Shown here: positions 1 to 10,375 of the stretch, one piece after another | Numbering within the stretch: the stretch's first letter is position 1 | Layout: each line of letters begins with the position of its first letter | IMG/VR virus record: IMGVR_UViG_3300009073_000002 | DNA from: a virus | Reading direction: 5' to 3' (one strand) | DNA length: 64,000 bases | Position numbers and translations under genes: made by a program | Notes under the pieces: model-generated | The model's database searches: none | What the model was told of the DNA's origin: nothing | The model's input: only the letters and a program-made list of their open reading frames with translations

Positions 1-1
1 A

Positions 2-3000
2 ACAGATAAGGATATCAGTGATGTAGTAGATGCACTTGATAAGACTGGTTTCTTTAAAGACTTATCAGATGCAGTTACTCCAGATGATTTAGGATTGTCT
101 GATTTGATTGCAAAAGCAGATAGAGAGATCAATGATGATGGTACAAATAATTCTGATTTAGACAATGATGCTGAGAACGAATTTATATTTGAATCTAAGG
201 CAGTTGATCCGAGTAAGAAGCTGCGTAGAATTGTAAATATCGCATTTAATGATGCATATTTCAATAAGAGAAAGAAAGCAGGGAATAGTGACTTTTTAAG
301 AGGTAAAGACCCAATGGTTCGAATAAAAAAAGCACTAGAGACTTATTTTATACAAAAGATGCAAGGGGGATTGTTTGGTAGTGCAAATAATAACAACAAA
401 GCAGATATTAAAGAGTTTTATCGTCAATACCCGAGTGTAGCCAAGCAGATAGAAAAGCAGTATTTAAAAATGCAGAAGCAGATTGCAACTGACATTATCA
501 ATACTAAAGGAAATGCTGATCTAAAATCAATTTTACAGAGAAGTTATAAGAGTGTCAATAAGACATCTAAAGTTGTGCCGATCGATAAGTTGTTGGCTGA
601 CAGTAAGAATACTGGAAGAGTTGTTCGTGATGCCTTAGATAGATTGAGATTAAAAATGTCTTACGCTAAAGACCCAGTTGTTAGAGCAAGAATATTAGAT
701 GCGATCCAGAAATTAGAGCAGGTAAAGGCAAACTTAGTTTATGATGAATCTAAGATTGATATAAACAATCCTAAATTCTCTAGGTCTATAAACAAATCAC
801 TTAGGTCTCTTACAAAACAAGACTTAGCTGAATTGGGAATAAAGGTAGGTCAAGACATTGATCCGCAGAAGTATCCTCAGATTATCATGAGAGCAATCAT
901 GAATCAATCTAAGAGGGATAGTAATTTATCTATCACTTCACTAACTCAAAAGTTAGTTGGTTCATTCGACATGGACCCAAGACTGGCAGTTGAGTTGGCC
1001 AAGGCTATCAATGATGCTTATAAAGCAAAAGTAATCAAGAGGAAGAGAGCACAGCTCGACAGACATCTCTCTAAGCTGAAGAAAGGAGACAAGAAGAACA
1101 AGAGTTTACATGATAGGTTAGTCGCATACATTGAGGAAGGATATTTGAATGAAGAAGCAACAAGAAAAGCAGTAGCTGCGAAGTTTGGATTTAAAGGGAT
1201 TGATAATAAGACTAGAGAGAGATTAGGAACATTATTAGACCTAATGGAGAGTCCTGATCCAAGAGTGGTTTCTAGAGCAAACAGAGAGTTTAGAGCACTA
1301 ATCAACAACTTGAAGTCAAACAGAGTAAACAGAATACTCAAAGCATTGACGAAGTATAGATATATTTCTCTATTGAGTGGATTCGGTACAGCGTTAGTGA
1401 GTTTGATCTCTTCTGGTAATTTAGTTATAGGAAGGAGAATTAGTGACAATATTAAAATAGCAAAAAGAGGTAAGGAAGCAATAAAAGCTTTTAGGCGTGC
1501 AAAATCTAAAGATGCACAACTTTACGGTAGTATATTGAATAGATCTGGTGCCGCTGTACAACTTGCGAGACAGGCATTAAAGGAAGGTAGTTTGATTATT
1601 AATCATGAGGATAATCCTACAGATGCTATTTCTAATATCGATAAGAGAGTAAATGAAATACTCCTAAGAGGTATGGCTAGAATAGGTACAGCTGAGTCAA
1701 AAGCAAGAGCAGAGCAATTACTAGCTGAATCGGGATCGACTCGAGGTGAAGGTGCAGTAGAGTTTGGAAGAGATGTATTTTCTACGGCAATGTTAGTTAT
1801 TCCAACAATGATGACTAGAACACTTCAGGCAATGGATGTATTGTTCAATACAAGAGCAATTGAAAGAAGTGCCTTTTTACTTGCTTGGGATAAGACTTTA
1901 GGTGTTAATCCTGATACTGGTTCAGAAGCATTTTTCCATGAGTTATCTACGAACATGGGAACAGGAGTTGTCTTAGATGAAAATAACTTTGAGACAACAT
2001 TTGATGAGCAATTAAATTCTAAGGTTGCAGAGATTGAAGCAGCGAATGGAGGAATAAAGATGCGTCCAGGAGAGAAGTCAATATTAGCTAAGGAATTAGT
2101 ACTTCAGAACAGAAAGAGGATTGAATTACTTACAAGAGATCAAAGAGTAGAACTTGCTACAGATGAAGATGGTGTATTCAATAAAGATTTGTTTGATGTA
2201 CTCGAGAGGAATAAGAAGACAGTCAATAATATCTCATCACAAAGAGCCTTAGATGCTTCTTTATTGAATACAGATATTCGAGGATTAATGACTGGAATGT
2301 TAGGTTATGGATTAACAATGCCAAGTAGAAGCCTGAATCAAGCAGCAAATGAAGATTCTACTAAATCTATAAGTAGAGCATTGTTGCAAATACCTATGTC
2401 AATGATATTCCCAATTGTAAAGGTAGTTGTGAATAACTATTACAATTCATATGCTCACAATCCAATGAGTATTGTTCCAAGATTAGCATTGAAAGCGATA
2501 CTTGGAGTTGATGATGTTAGAAGAAGTACTAGAACAGGTGACTTGACCATAAATGGTATTGCGTTTAAAGATCTCAAAGCATTAGCCGATACTGAAGGTG
2601 GAGATGTACTTAGATTACTTAGAAACAAAGACTCTCAGGTTAGAAAGGCAGTAGAGATAATGCAGGAAGATAAAGTAAGTAAAGAAGATTACTTTATAGG
2701 TCTAGGGATGAGTACAATTGGAGGTGTGTTAGCTATTTTAGCTGCATTCGAATGGGAAGAAGATGAAGAGGGAAATACTAAGATTAAGAAGCGAGAGTCA
2801 TTCTGGAATAAACTACAGATAACAGCCGGAGGTACTGGTGATTATTGGGAGAATAAAGACATCTTTGGCAAAGAAAGAAAAGACAACACGATCTCTGTTG
2901 GTGGATTCCATACAAGGTGGACAGAAATGCCGTCTAGTGCAACCTGGGGGATGTTAGGAGTGATTGGAGATAAGTTGGACCTAAACCACCTTGAAGACGA

Positions 3001-3910
3001 TGGAACGCCTTATGGTACGTCAGGATTAATAAAAGATGCTCTGTATGGAACATATGCAGAGTTCCTAGGAGAAGGATTTGGTATTAGTACCAATTTGATT
3101 GGCCAAGTAGTAAACAGTGGATTTAAAATCAGTGAGTACGAAGGTAATATTAAAGATGCAAGATTGGAGTACTCTAAAGTCCTTCAAGACGGTAAAGCAA
3201 CTGACAGAGAAAAAAGGACAGCTGAAGTAAAGCTTAATCGAGCAGTAGAAACTAATGAGAAGTTGATAGATAGAGAGAGATCTAAGCAAGGTGTCTTTAT
3301 TGGTAGAACAGTTTCATCTCAGTTTTTCCCTCCAAATGTTTATAGGCAGTCATACAAGATGATCAAAGGTGGCCAGGAAGCACCTAAAAAGAATTTAAGA
3401 ACTGGTAGTAATTTGAATGATGTACTTGGAGAAGGTAGAACAGCATCGATATTTAATTCGATTGTAAATAACATACCATTGGTAGATGCTACTTTAGAGA
3501 ATAGAGTAGATATGTATGGTAATCCAATTCCAGAAAATTTTGATCTAATTCTTGCACCTGATAGATGGGAAGACCATATAGGTAGTTACATTAAGAATGT
3601 AGAAAGAGATCCAGATATGGACTTTATGATTAATGAATTGCCAATTGATTACAATGACATAAAGATGTCTAAAAGTGCTGCTCGTAGGACTAAAAACTTT
3701 GAGTATTATCCAAGGGAAGCACAAAAAGAATTAGATGATATCTGGCATGAGCAATTTGGAATTGAAGTCAAAAAACAAATTCCACAACTTAGACAAATGA
3801 GTGAGGATCAGCAACTTGCATGGGTCAAGTCAATTGCTAAGAGAGTCAAGGTTACAGAAGAATATAGGGCTGCGAAAGAAAGATTGAAAAAAGAAATTCC
3901 AGAAAAGTAA
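2..3910 (+). CDS. very large virion-associated protein, 5' partial (tape-measure or ejection-protein-like)
   Basis: The frame stays open from the window edge to 3910; the track start at 95 is a TTG. The protein is coiled-coil rich with hydrophobic segments (YISLLSGFGTALVSLISSG, GLGMSTIGGVLAILAAF). Function is guessed from size and composition only. Confidence 0.6.
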   Translation, partial: TDKDISDVVDALDKTGFFKDLSDAVTPDDLGLSDLIAKADREINDDGTNNSDLDNDAENEFIFESKAVDPSKKLRRIVNIAFNDAYFNKRKKAGNSDFLRGKDPMVRIKKALETYFIQKMQGGLFGSANNNNKADIKEFYRQYPSVAKQIEKQYLKMQKQIATDIINTKGNADLKSILQRSYKSVNKTSKVVPIDKLLADSKNTGRVVRDALDRLRLKMSYAKDPVVRARILDAIQKLEQVKANLVYDESKIDINNPKFSRSINKSLRSLTKQDLAELGIKVGQDIDPQKYPQIIMRAIMNQSKRDSNLSITSLTQKLVGSFDMDPRLAVELAKAINDAYKAKVIKRKRAQLDRHLSKLKKGDKKNKSLHDRLVAYIEEGYLNEEATRKAVAAKFGFKGIDNKTRERLGTLLDLMESPDPRVVSRANREFRALINNLKSNRVNRILKALTKYRYISLLSGFGTALVSLISSGNLVIGRRISDNIKIAKRGKEAIKAFRRAKSKDAQLYGSILNRSGAAVQLARQALKEGSLIINHEDNPTDAISNIDKRVNEILLRGMARIGTAESKARAEQLLAESGSTRGEGAVEFGRDVFSTAMLVIPTMMTRTLQAMDVLFNTRAIERSAFLLAWDKTLGVNPDTGSEAFFHELSTNMGTGVVLDENNFETTFDEQLNSKVAEIEAANGGIKMRPGEKSILAKELVLQNRKRIELLTRDQRVELATDEDGVFNKDLFDVLERNKKTVNNISSQRALDASLLNTDIRGLMTGMLGYGLTMPSRSLNQAANEDSTKSISRALLQIPMSMIFPIVKVVVNNYYNSYAHNPMSIVPRLALKAILGVDDVRRSTRTGDLTINGIAFKDLKALADTEGGDVLRLLRNKDSQVRKAVEIMQEDKVSKEDYFIGLGMSTIGGVLAILAAFEWEEDEEGNTKIKKRESFWNKLQITAGGTGDYWENKDIFGKERKDNTISVGGFHTRWTEMPSSATWGMLGVIGDKLDLNHLEDDGTPYGTSGLIKDALYGTYAEFLGEGFGISTNLIGQVVNSGFKISEYEGNIKDARLEYSKVLQDGKATDREKRTAEVKLNRAVETNEKLIDRERSKQGVFIGRTVSSQFFPPNVYRQSYKMIKGGQEAPKKNLRTGSNLNDVLGEGRTASIFNSIVNNIPLVDATLENRVDMYGNPIPENFDLILAPDRWEDHIGSYIKNVERDPDMDFMINELPIDYNDIKMSKSAARRTKNFEYYPREAQKELDDIWHEQFGIEVKKQIPQLRQMSEDQQLAWVKSIAKRVKVTEEYRAAKERLKKEIPEK

Positions 3911-3972
3911 ATAATAAATAAATAATTTATTTATATTTGTGATGTTGTATAATAATTAAACCATTTAGAATC

Positions 3973-4566
3973 ATGGATGACATCATATCAATAGAGTCCT
4001 GCGACTTCAGGACTGGGGTAATCGCAAGTGTGGGCCCAATTCGTAACAGTAGTGCAGGCGATGAATACAGATATTCTCGTAGCATTTATTTTAATAATGG
4101 AGATAAAGGAGTCTACTGGCATAATGACCGATTAGAGTTAGCAATGCTTGTCAAGGATGACGTATGCCATTATCAAAAAGAGATAATCACAAAGATTAAT
4201 CACGAAGACCAAAATAATCCTCATGTTTATGATAGGATTGTGAAAATCTATACAAGTGTATCACCTCATGTATTGAAGTCTCAGGAAGCATTTGTTCGGT
4301 ACAATGAATTCATGCGTGAGTCTAGAGAAATCGCAATGCAGATGATGACTTTTAAGTATGGCTCTTTGAGTGCTGCGGATAAGAAGAAGTTGAAAAACGA
4401 AACACTTATTAGTGATTTGAAGAATTTGAGTGCTGAGGCTTTCTCAGTGATGAAGTCGAATTACATCTCAGAGGATTATGGAGTTGAGGAAAAGAAGCCA
4501 TTAGAAGAGGTAGATCCGGAACTTGCAAAAGAAGTAAGTAAGAAAGAACAAGAATTAGATAGTTAA
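3973..4566 (+). CDS. hypothetical protein
   Basis: 197-aa ORF. The ATG is directly preceded by the conserved AAACCATTTAGAATC motif and a TATATTTG box at 3932. Confidence 0.65.
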   Translation: MDDIISIESCDFRTGVIASVGPIRNSSAGDEYRYSRSIYFNNGDKGVYWHNDRLELAMLVKDDVCHYQKEIITKINHEDQNNPHVYDRIVKIYTSVSPHVLKSQEAFVRYNEFMRESREIAMQMMTFKYGSLSAADKKKLKNETLISDLKNLSAEAFSVMKSNYISEDYGVEEKKPLEEVDPELAKEVSKKEQELDS

Positions 4567-4584
4567 CATTTTCAATTAAAAATA

Positions 4585-5625
4585 ATGATTGCAGAAGAAT
4601 TAAAAAGTAATGACCTGACATGGTTGAGAATTTACAATGGTGTCATAGTCCAGACCCTAGCTAAGGGGTATGAGCCGCCACAAGGATTAGCGGAGGATCA
4701 GTACATGTCAAGGAAAATAACCAAAGGGAAGTATCAGGATCAGAATGAGTATTATAAAGAATATAAAACTCTTACTGGTCTAATGAAGCCACCTCAAGTC
4801 AAAAGAGGTCAATTTGGTCTTGAAATAATGGTTTTCCTAGATTCTGGAGGTACAGACGTTTGTTTGACTTTAAGCACGAAGGATAATGCAGGTCAAGCAT
4901 TTATGAGAGCATTTAGGAACATTAGACTTAACGAACAAATTAAGTTTAATGGTCGAAGATATAATCGTAAAAGTGATGGCAAAGAGACTACTGGATTCTG
5001 GATGTATCAGAGAGGGAATGATGGAACATTTGAAGCAGGAAACTCTCAGGTAAATGATTTTCATTTGTGGGATGATTTACCAAAACCAATAAAAAGATAT
5101 GATGCTGATAAAGGTAGAGAAGTAGACGATTATGGACCTGCACAAAAGTTCTTGTTTGATTCATTGGTTGCTACGCTGACACAAGTTTATCCTGGTTGGT
5201 ATTATGATGCTCAAAGTGGTAAAGGAAAGGTTGTTAACACAAATAACAATCAGCAACAGAATTATAATCAGAATCAACAGCAACAGCAGAATCAGCAACA
5301 GAATTATAATCAGCAGAATCAGCAACAGCAGAATCAGCAGCAGAATTATAATCAGCAACAGAATCAGCAGCAGAATTATAATCAGCAGAATCAGCAACAG
5401 AATCAGCAACAGCAGAATCAGCAACAGAATTATAATCAGCAACAGAATCAGCAACAGCAGAATACTCAGCAAAATCAGCAGCATAGTTCGCAGATTAGTC
5501 AAAATCAGCCCCTGATGGGTGATCCTAATAAGCAGCAACAATATCAGCAAAATCCACCACCGCCAAGTCAGGAGCAATATGGTGAGCAGTTTAATCAAGG
5601 AGTACCTGACGACCTTCCATTTTAA
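4585..5625 (+). CDS. SSB-like protein with Q/N-rich low-complexity linker and acidic DDLPF C-terminal tip
   Basis: The C-terminus ...GVPDDLPF resembles the bacterial SSB tip DDDIPF. About 90 aa of N/Q repeats (QQNYNQ) lie before the tip. The gene sits in the replication module. The N-terminal fold is not recognisable by eye. Confidence 0.55.
   Translation: MIAEELKSNDLTWLRIYNGVIVQTLAKGYEPPQGLAEDQYMSRKITKGKYQDQNEYYKEYKTLTGLMKPPQVKRGQFGLEIMVFLDSGGTDVCLTLSTKDNAGQAFMRAFRNIRLNEQIKFNGRRYNRKSDGKETTGFWMYQRGNDGTFEAGNSQVNDFHLWDDLPKPIKRYDADKGREVDDYGPAQKFLFDSLVATLTQVYPGWYYDAQSGKGKVVNTNNNQQQNYNQNQQQQQNQQQNYNQQNQQQQNQQQNYNQQQNQQQNYNQQNQQQNQQQQNQQQNYNQQQNQQQQNTQQNQQHSSQISQNQPLMGDPNKQQQYQQNPPPPSQEQYGEQFNQGVPDDLPF
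5242..5500 (+). repeat. imperfect tandem CAG/CAA/AAT repeat tract encoding the Q/N-rich domain
   Basis: Reiterated cagcaacagaattataatcag units. The ORFs on other frames and on the opposite strand (5161..5598, 5204..5515) are repeat artefacts. Confidence 0.85.
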
Positions 5626-5644
5626 AAATCAAAATTAAAATCTA

Positions 5645-6319
5645 ATGCAAAAGAAACTATACGAATTAACAGAAGAGCAAGTCAATCTCCAATTCAAAAT
5701 CGAAAGAATTGGAGAGATACTTGCCACAGAAGAGCTTACTCCTGAATTGGAGTATGAACTTAAAGAGCTTGAAGCAGAGATGGCGTTCTCTCAAGTGAAT
5801 GCAAACTCTAAGATCATGAGTATCTGGAAAGTCATTCAGAACATGAAGCAAGACATCGATATGATCAATGGTGAGTTGAAGCCATTCAAGGATGAGGCAG
5901 CGAGACTTGGATCACGTATTAAAAAGAAGAAGAATGATATAGCTAGACTGGAAAGGTATGTTGATTCTTACTATACTGCCATAAAGCATGATAAGTCGAA
6001 GAATGTTGATCATGGATTATTTACTATCGGTTTTACACGAAAGCAGCTGTATGAGATTCCTCAGAAATTAGTTATGGGTTTAAAGAAATTGCTCAATTTC
6101 AGCACATCGATTAAGAGAGATGCCTTTAATGAATTTTGTGATGAGAATGATATCTCTGATACTGATAAGAAGTTATTGAAGAAGTTACTCAATGATGCAG
6201 TGGACAGAACATTTGATCCATCGTTGGCTAAGTCTGAGTACAATAAGATTATCAAGCCAGTTGCTACTACAAGTGATTTATGTGATTATAGTGATACACG
6301 AGTCCTTAAATTTAAGTAA
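5645..6319 (+). CDS. coiled-coil protein, Gp157-like (putative)
   Basis: The N-terminus KKLYELTEEQVNLQ..., the heptad-rich sequence and the position next to the SSB gene resemble the siphovirus Gp157 family as I remember it. Confidence 0.5.
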   Translation: MQKKLYELTEEQVNLQFKIERIGEILATEELTPELEYELKELEAEMAFSQVNANSKIMSIWKVIQNMKQDIDMINGELKPFKDEAARLGSRIKKKKNDIARLERYVDSYYTAIKHDKSKNVDHGLFTIGFTRKQLYEIPQKLVMGLKKLLNFSTSIKRDAFNEFCDENDISDTDKKLLKKLLNDAVDRTFDPSLAKSEYNKIIKPVATTSDLCDYSDTRVLKFK

Positions 6320-6633
6320 TGAAGCACGTAAAGATCATAGAAGAGGTAACTATTGATTTCGACAATGGAGTTGTAGGAAAGTATGGTCCTGGAGTTTGCA
6401 TTAAAGTAGTAGGATATTTAGCAACTCAGTTAGTTGGTCAGGGATATGCTCGATACACGTCAAAGTCTAGGTTTAAGTCTTATTGGAATGAAACGGAGAG
6501 AATGGCTAAGAATAAAAAAGCTATGGGTAAGGTTCAGGCAATGAATATGGCCAATAAGAAAATCTTAGGTGATGGCTCAGAGTATTATAAGATCAATGGA
6601 AACCTAGTTAGAACGACGAGTAAAACTTTATAG
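6319..6633 (+). CDS. hypothetical protein
   Basis: The start overlaps the upstream stop (TAATG). 104 aa. Confidence 0.6.
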   Translation: MKHVKIIEEVTIDFDNGVVGKYGPGVCIKVVGYLATQLVGQGYARYTSKSRFKSYWNETERMAKNKKAMGKVQAMNMANKKILGDGSEYYKINGNLVRTTSKTL

Positions 6634-7608
6634 ATGTGGGAAATAGATGTCGTATCATATTACCTTGGAACACCATATCGGCTTAACGAATTAGTTCGAA
6701 GTCCGATCGGGGTTAATAGAAGCGGCAAGCAGTTTCAAACACAGCTTTACGACGGCAAGTTTTACTGGAAAGATTACGGATATCAAAGTCCACATGGTCA
6801 TGATATCTATGCTCTGATAGTTGAGTTAGAACCAGGAATAACTTCTCGAGATGATGCCTACGAATTCGCAAAAGCAAAGGGTTGGGCAAAAGGGAATAGT
6901 TACAAGCCAAAGACAGTAAGTATATTCGACATGATAGGCAGCGTAAAGACGCCAACTGTTTATGAGTATGATGATCTGAGTTATGAACACTTCGGGTACT
7001 ATGAGTCCTTAATGGTGCCCGAAGATGTTCTTCATAGGTTTGCAATGAAGAAGCTGTTGAAGATATACAAGAATGATGTAGTAATCTTCGAGCATGATAT
7101 TGAGAATTATGGATTCTATTGGGAATTCTTTAAATCTAAGAAAGGATATATGCCATTCAATTACCCTTGGAAGGGAGATAAGAGAATAGCATTTAGTCAT
7201 ACAGCAATTACTGGTCTTGAAGGCTTAATGCAGATAGACTGGACGGCAAGAGACTTATGGATAACAAAGGCGATGAAAGACATCCTATGCCTTGTATCAT
7301 GTGGGTTTAATACGATAGGAGTAAGTGGAGAAGCCATGTTGAAGTATTTGAAGATATGGATGGGTTACTTTCTTTTGAAATTCGAGCGAGTAATCTTCTG
7401 GATGGACCCAGACCCCGCAGGATATAGATTAGTACATGAGATGAATAGACATTATAGAGGATTTTATGTCTGTGAGGGTAATCCGTTGATTGGTAAAGAC
7501 CCAAGTGATATCCTCCTGAGAACCGGTAATAGATTTTGGATAAACCATTTAGCAAGTAAAGTAATAGATAGTTCACAAATTCGTCTGTATGATGGCAAAA
7601 AACGATAA
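6634..7608 (+). CDS. Toprim-domain DNA primase (putative)
   Basis: Toprim-like motifs: ...CGFNTIGVSGE... and VIFWMDPDPAGYRL (DxD). Located in the replication module. Confidence 0.55.
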   Translation: MWEIDVVSYYLGTPYRLNELVRSPIGVNRSGKQFQTQLYDGKFYWKDYGYQSPHGHDIYALIVELEPGITSRDDAYEFAKAKGWAKGNSYKPKTVSIFDMIGSVKTPTVYEYDDLSYEHFGYYESLMVPEDVLHRFAMKKLLKIYKNDVVIFEHDIENYGFYWEFFKSKKGYMPFNYPWKGDKRIAFSHTAITGLEGLMQIDWTARDLWITKAMKDILCLVSCGFNTIGVSGEAMLKYLKIWMGYFLLKFERVIFWMDPDPAGYRLVHEMNRHYRGFYVCEGNPLIGKDPSDILLRTGNRFWINHLASKVIDSSQIRLYDGKKR

Positions 7609-7846
7609 ACTAACAGAAGTGCAAATAGCAAGTAGTGTTGCTAATAAGTCTAAGTGGTGTGTCCAAGGATGTCAAGAACCTAACAAAGAACCCGAACAAG
7701 TATTTTGCATGAAATGTGGAATATCAAATGAAGAAGATAGACAAGCTATTGTGATGACTGGCTATTGTAGTGAGGCGTGTTACAATTCTCAATTCATAGG
7801 CGGTGGAAAGTATATACCAAAAGAAGACAATTCAAATGAAAAATAA
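7589..7846 (+). CDS. small Cys-rich (zinc-ribbon-like) protein, paralog of 8601..8774
   Basis: Motif FCMKCG...AIVMTGYCSEACYNS is shared with the small ORF at 8601. Confidence 0.55.
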   Translation: MMAKNDKLTEVQIASSVANKSKWCVQGCQEPNKEPEQVFCMKCGISNEEDRQAIVMTGYCSEACYNSQFIGGGKYIPKEDNSNEK

Positions 7847-8261
7847 ACTAACAATACACCACTTAGCAAGAAGACTGCCTTATGGGTTGAAGTTTCAATC
7901 GTCTTTACATCAATTCAAGTATGGAGAAACAGAGGACTTGACAATGACGGGTGTTAGCAATGAGGACGATGAAATGGACTTAACGTTTCTTCGTGATGGC
8001 GACTTAACTTTTATGAGTTCTCTGAAACCTATCAAACCTTACCTAAGACCACTATCACAACTAACAGAAGAGGAATGGAATGAATTAGAGATTTGTGTCA
8101 ATATGTGGAAGTTTGATATAATGGCAGAAATTCAAGTTGCTAACGATAGTGACATTCTACCTCACAAGTTCTTTCTATACTGCTATGAAAATCACATAGC
8201 CTTAGACGAACCCGAAGGAACATACATACCCGTCACCCCTGACAATAACCCTTATAAATAA
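7836..8261 (+). CDS. hypothetical protein
   Basis: The track ORF starts at 7803. The ATG at 7836 gives a shorter overlap with the upstream gene. Confidence 0.5.
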   Translation: MKNKLTIHHLARRLPYGLKFQSSLHQFKYGETEDLTMTGVSNEDDEMDLTFLRDGDLTFMSSLKPIKPYLRPLSQLTEEEWNELEICVNMWKFDIMAEIQVANDSDILPHKFFLYCYENHIALDEPEGTYIPVTPDNNPYK

Positions 8262-8268
8262 AAAGATA

Positions 8269-8595
8269 ATGAGTAGTATAACTAGTAAGTCATTACAGAA
8301 TGCAATAGACAACAAAGGGTTTAATGCAACTAAGAGAAGAGCTCTTTGGCAATCGAAGTCATGTGATTGGAATTGGATAGGGATAAGTTGGGGATTAAGA
8401 AGAAGTAAGAAGAGACAGATTTTGCCAATATGGAATACATCAAACAACACCACAAGAAGTTTATTGTTTGGGTTTAACTTTTGGTACTTCGAGTTTAGTT
8501 ACAGTAAAAAAGGAAAGTCTTTTCAACATAAGAAAATAGCTAAGTATCTACCTAGATTCAATAGGTCTTGGAACCTTTATAATTTGATATTTTAG
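8269..8595 (+). CDS. hypothetical protein (doubtful)
   Basis: It is the only long ORF in this gap, but the composition is odd (W/K/S/F rich). Confidence 0.3.
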   Translation: MSSITSKSLQNAIDNKGFNATKRRALWQSKSCDWNWIGISWGLRRSKKRQILPIWNTSNNTTRSLLFGFNFWYFEFSYSKKGKSFQHKKIAKYLPRFNRSWNLYNLIF

Positions 8596-8600
8596 TAAAT

Positions 8601-8774
8601 ATGAGTTTCGATACAGAACCAGAACAATCATTCTGTTTAACTTGCGGATCTACTGAAGCAGAGGAAATGAAAGCCATAGTTGAATCTGGATATTGCACCG
8701 AATCATGTTACGAATCAAGTTTGCTTAAATGGAGCGATAGAGCTGAGTCAGTAAAACAAAATAAGCAAAGTTAA
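8601..8774 (+). CDS. small Cys-rich protein (57 aa), paralog of 7589..7846
   Basis: Read manually (below the track cut-off): MSFDTEPEQSFCLTCGSTEAEEMKAIVESGYCTESCYESS... Confidence 0.5.
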   Translation: MSFDTEPEQSFCLTCGSTEAEEMKAIVESGYCTESCYESSLLKWSDRAESVKQNKQS

Positions 8775-8806
8775 ATTGAAATTAAAAACCTAGAATCAAA
8801 ATCACA

Positions 8807-10375
8807 ATGAAATCCCTACAGTTAGTATTTGATATGCCTACCCACATCTTGTTTACGCAGGACGGTAAGTGGCTGCATTATAACACTCAAACTAAGGAAC
8901 TTCATACCGAAATCAAAATTGATATACAGAATTCAATTGTGGTAACATTTGATGAGAAGCTACCTTACCGAGATCATTACTATGATTTAAAGGTAGGATT
9001 CAAGCTTCTGGACTTTAATTCATGCTCTACTTTGAATTTCATGTGTATGAAGTACTTACACAAGAGATTGGATAAGCTAAACTTCAATAATTGCAGTCCA
9101 GAGGCGTATAGAGCCGAAGCGATATGGAGAATATGGGAGAAAGTATCAAGACAGATATTAAAGCTCTCTATGCTGCCTAGATTTGAATTAGAGATGTATT
9201 TTATCTCATATGCTTACAAGCTAGAGAATAGAAAGTTTAAGGTCAATAAGGACGCTATTAATGATGAGATAATTGGACTAAGGAATAAATTTAAGGGTAA
9301 GAATATTTTATCTTTGTCTGAACAGAAGGCAATACTCGATGAATTGCAAATTAATTGGAAAGACTTATATTCAGGGAAAACCAATTTTAGTCACAAATTT
9401 CTAAAAGCAAGTGGAGATCAGAGATTGATAGATCATGTAGAAGTATCAAGAGCTAAGTCGTTTAAAGACCACTTGATGGGATATGATACAGATCCTAGCA
9501 ATCCTATTTTCAGTGCTGATGAAGTAAGTTATACGATGAATACTCACCATTATATAACTGGTAGAGTCTTTTATGTCAATAAAAATATCCAAGGTCTTGC
9601 AGATAGATTTTGGGGAGAGCCTGGGTTTAAGACGTTTGACTACATTAGTCAGGAGATGTACATTTATTTAGCTGTATTTAATCCAGAGATGAGAACTATA
9701 TTTTACAGAAGTGGATATAAAGACTTCTATGCTTTTATGTATTGTCATATGAAAGGTTTGAAGGTTTCTGAGGCAGAGTACTACGAAGATCCTGCGCGAG
9801 TGAATGGAAGGAAGATGATGAAGGGCATGCTCATACCATTAATGAATGGAATGAAAGCAGATAGTATTTGTTGGAGATTAGGATTGCAGTATGAAAGTAT
9901 GATACCATTTTTCAATCGATTAGAGAAAGTAATGGAGTTCAATAAGAATCGAAATTCTATGTTGGACACATTAGCTAATGAGAAAGTTGTACTTATCTCG
10001 AGAAACCTAGGGTTTTTGAAAAGCAATAAGTTTGATCACTTTATTAAGTTGCATTCTGAAATGTTGAGAATCACTAAAAATAGAGACTTTGCCCAATATG
10101 GTGCTAGTACATTTGATCAGAATATATTAGATGAGTATGCTGAATTAAGAGAGAACATTGGAAGGAGAATTGTGGCTTTAAGAATACAATCATTAGGAGC
10201 AGCAATAATAAAAAAAGCAGTTGTAATGCTGATGGATAAAGGCTATGATGTTGTACTTTGCAAACACGATGATGTAACTGTAGCGAATAAAGGAGATTAT
10301 TCTTTGTGTCCTAAAATAATGGAGCAGGCATCAACGCAAATAATTGGTAGAGCAATACCAGTAAAAGTATCATAG
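8807..10375 (+). CDS. divergent family-A-like DNA polymerase
   Basis: Candidate motif A FDYISQEMYIY, motif B RKMMKGMLIPLMNGM and motif C LCKHDDVTV. Adjacent to the helicase. Confidence 0.55.
   Translation: MKSLQLVFDMPTHILFTQDGKWLHYNTQTKELHTEIKIDIQNSIVVTFDEKLPYRDHYYDLKVGFKLLDFNSCSTLNFMCMKYLHKRLDKLNFNNCSPEAYRAEAIWRIWEKVSRQILKLSMLPRFELEMYFISYAYKLENRKFKVNKDAINDEIIGLRNKFKGKNILSLSEQKAILDELQINWKDLYSGKTNFSHKFLKASGDQRLIDHVEVSRAKSFKDHLMGYDTDPSNPIFSADEVSYTMNTHHYITGRVFYVNKNIQGLADRFWGEPGFKTFDYISQEMYIYLAVFNPEMRTIFYRSGYKDFYAFMYCHMKGLKVSEAEYYEDPARVNGRKMMKGMLIPLMNGMKADSICWRLGLQYESMIPFFNRLEKVMEFNKNRNSMLDTLANEKVVLISRNLGFLKSNKFDHFIKLHSEMLRITKNRDFAQYGASTFDQNILDEYAELRENIGRRIVALRIQSLGAAIIKKAVVMLMDKGYDVVLCKHDDVTVANKGDYSLCPKIMEQASTQIIGRAIPVKVS

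Noticed and set aside
5161-5598. ORFs 5161..5598 (-) and 5204..5515 (+) encoding Leu/Ile or Ser/Arg/Ile repeats
   Set aside because: They are alternative-frame readings of the CAG/CAA/AAT repeat that encodes the Q/N tract of the SSB-like gene.
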